Shown here: positions 39,093 through 39,274 of the stretch, piece after piece
How positions within the stretch are numbered: the stretch's first letter is position 1
Layout of the letters: every line of letters starts with the position of its first letter
IMG/VR virus record: IMGVR_UViG_3300037511_000247
Span: 1-39,274 of that record
Reading direction: 5' to 3' (one strand)
From: a virus
Length of the DNA: 39,274 nucleotides
Notes under the pieces: generated by a model
The model's input: only the letters and a program-made list of their open reading frames with translations
The model's database searches: none
Told to the model about the DNA's origin: nothing
Position numbers and translations under genes: made by a program

Positions 39093-39147
39093 CTTCTCGG
39101 AGTTGATGGATGAAGGACAAGACGACGATCAACCCGCCGACGAAGGC

Positions 39148-39274
39148 CACCAAAGCCCGGCCGCGGCGTAAACCCAGGATCGCGGCGCGCGGACGACGCC
39201 ACACGGCTCAGATCTACTGGTTCGAAATGGAACGCCTGAAGCGCTTGGGGTTGCGGTGAAGTCATCAAGCGGCC
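39148..39274. repeat. Right copy of the 127-bp terminal direct repeat
   Basis: Identical to bases 1-127. It includes the last 10 nt of the cro-like gene. Confidence 0.9.

Noticed and set aside
38948-39268. 106-aa minus-strand ORF spanning the cro-proximal spacer and junction, with plus-strand ORFs 38787-39029 and 38821-39171
   Set aside because: The translations are Arg/Pro/Gly-rich junk. They overlap the better-supported 38667-39020 gene or run through the terminator hairpin, and they partly lie in the duplicated end.

Overview
The window is a complete, circularly closed, high-GC temperate phage genome. Bases 1-127 are identical to 39148-39274, so the unique length is 39147 bp. All calls rest on reading the sequence and ORF translations by eye; no homology search was run.

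Regulatory layout is lambda-like:
- A Cro/YdaS-like gene (118-315, minus) and a CI-like HTH+S24 repressor (395-1177, plus) diverge across a 79-bp region carrying three phased TAATTCCAA repeats.
- Downstream of cI, a second promoter with the same operator motif drives a plus-strand early-left operon. It holds seven translationally coupled ORFans and ends in a large serine integrase (3941-5608).

Almost everything else is one long minus-strand series that crosses the circular junction. In transcription order:
- cro, then a small HTH-like gene
- Toprim primase (37407-38459) and RepA/AAA_25-like helicase (36154-37407)
- a TGTCCGAA iteron array (35955-36151)
- small early genes, including an RHH protein and a Tat-signal protein
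- an intrinsic terminator (33849-33876)
- terS, terL, portal, scaffold and SU10-type major capsid protein
- head-tail and tail-fibre genes, a 723-aa tail protein, and low-complexity internal or ejection proteins
- the lysis cassette: holin-like proteins, a signal-peptide lytic transglycosylase and overlapped i/o-spanins (6916-9459), followed by terminators

I recognise no tape-measure, tube or sheath gene, so a podovirus-like virion is inferred.

Accessory cargo worth follow-up:
- a plus-strand Rap1a/Tai4-like periplasmic immunity moron (10602-10982)
- a plus-strand non-DNA SAM methyltransferase moron (18828-19820)
- a GT9-like glycosyltransferase inside the head-tail module (24313-25374)
- a PBECR-like C-terminal domain on the last virion protein (9699-10508)
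- a membrane-protein pair next to int (5647-6155)
- the ORFan early-left operon
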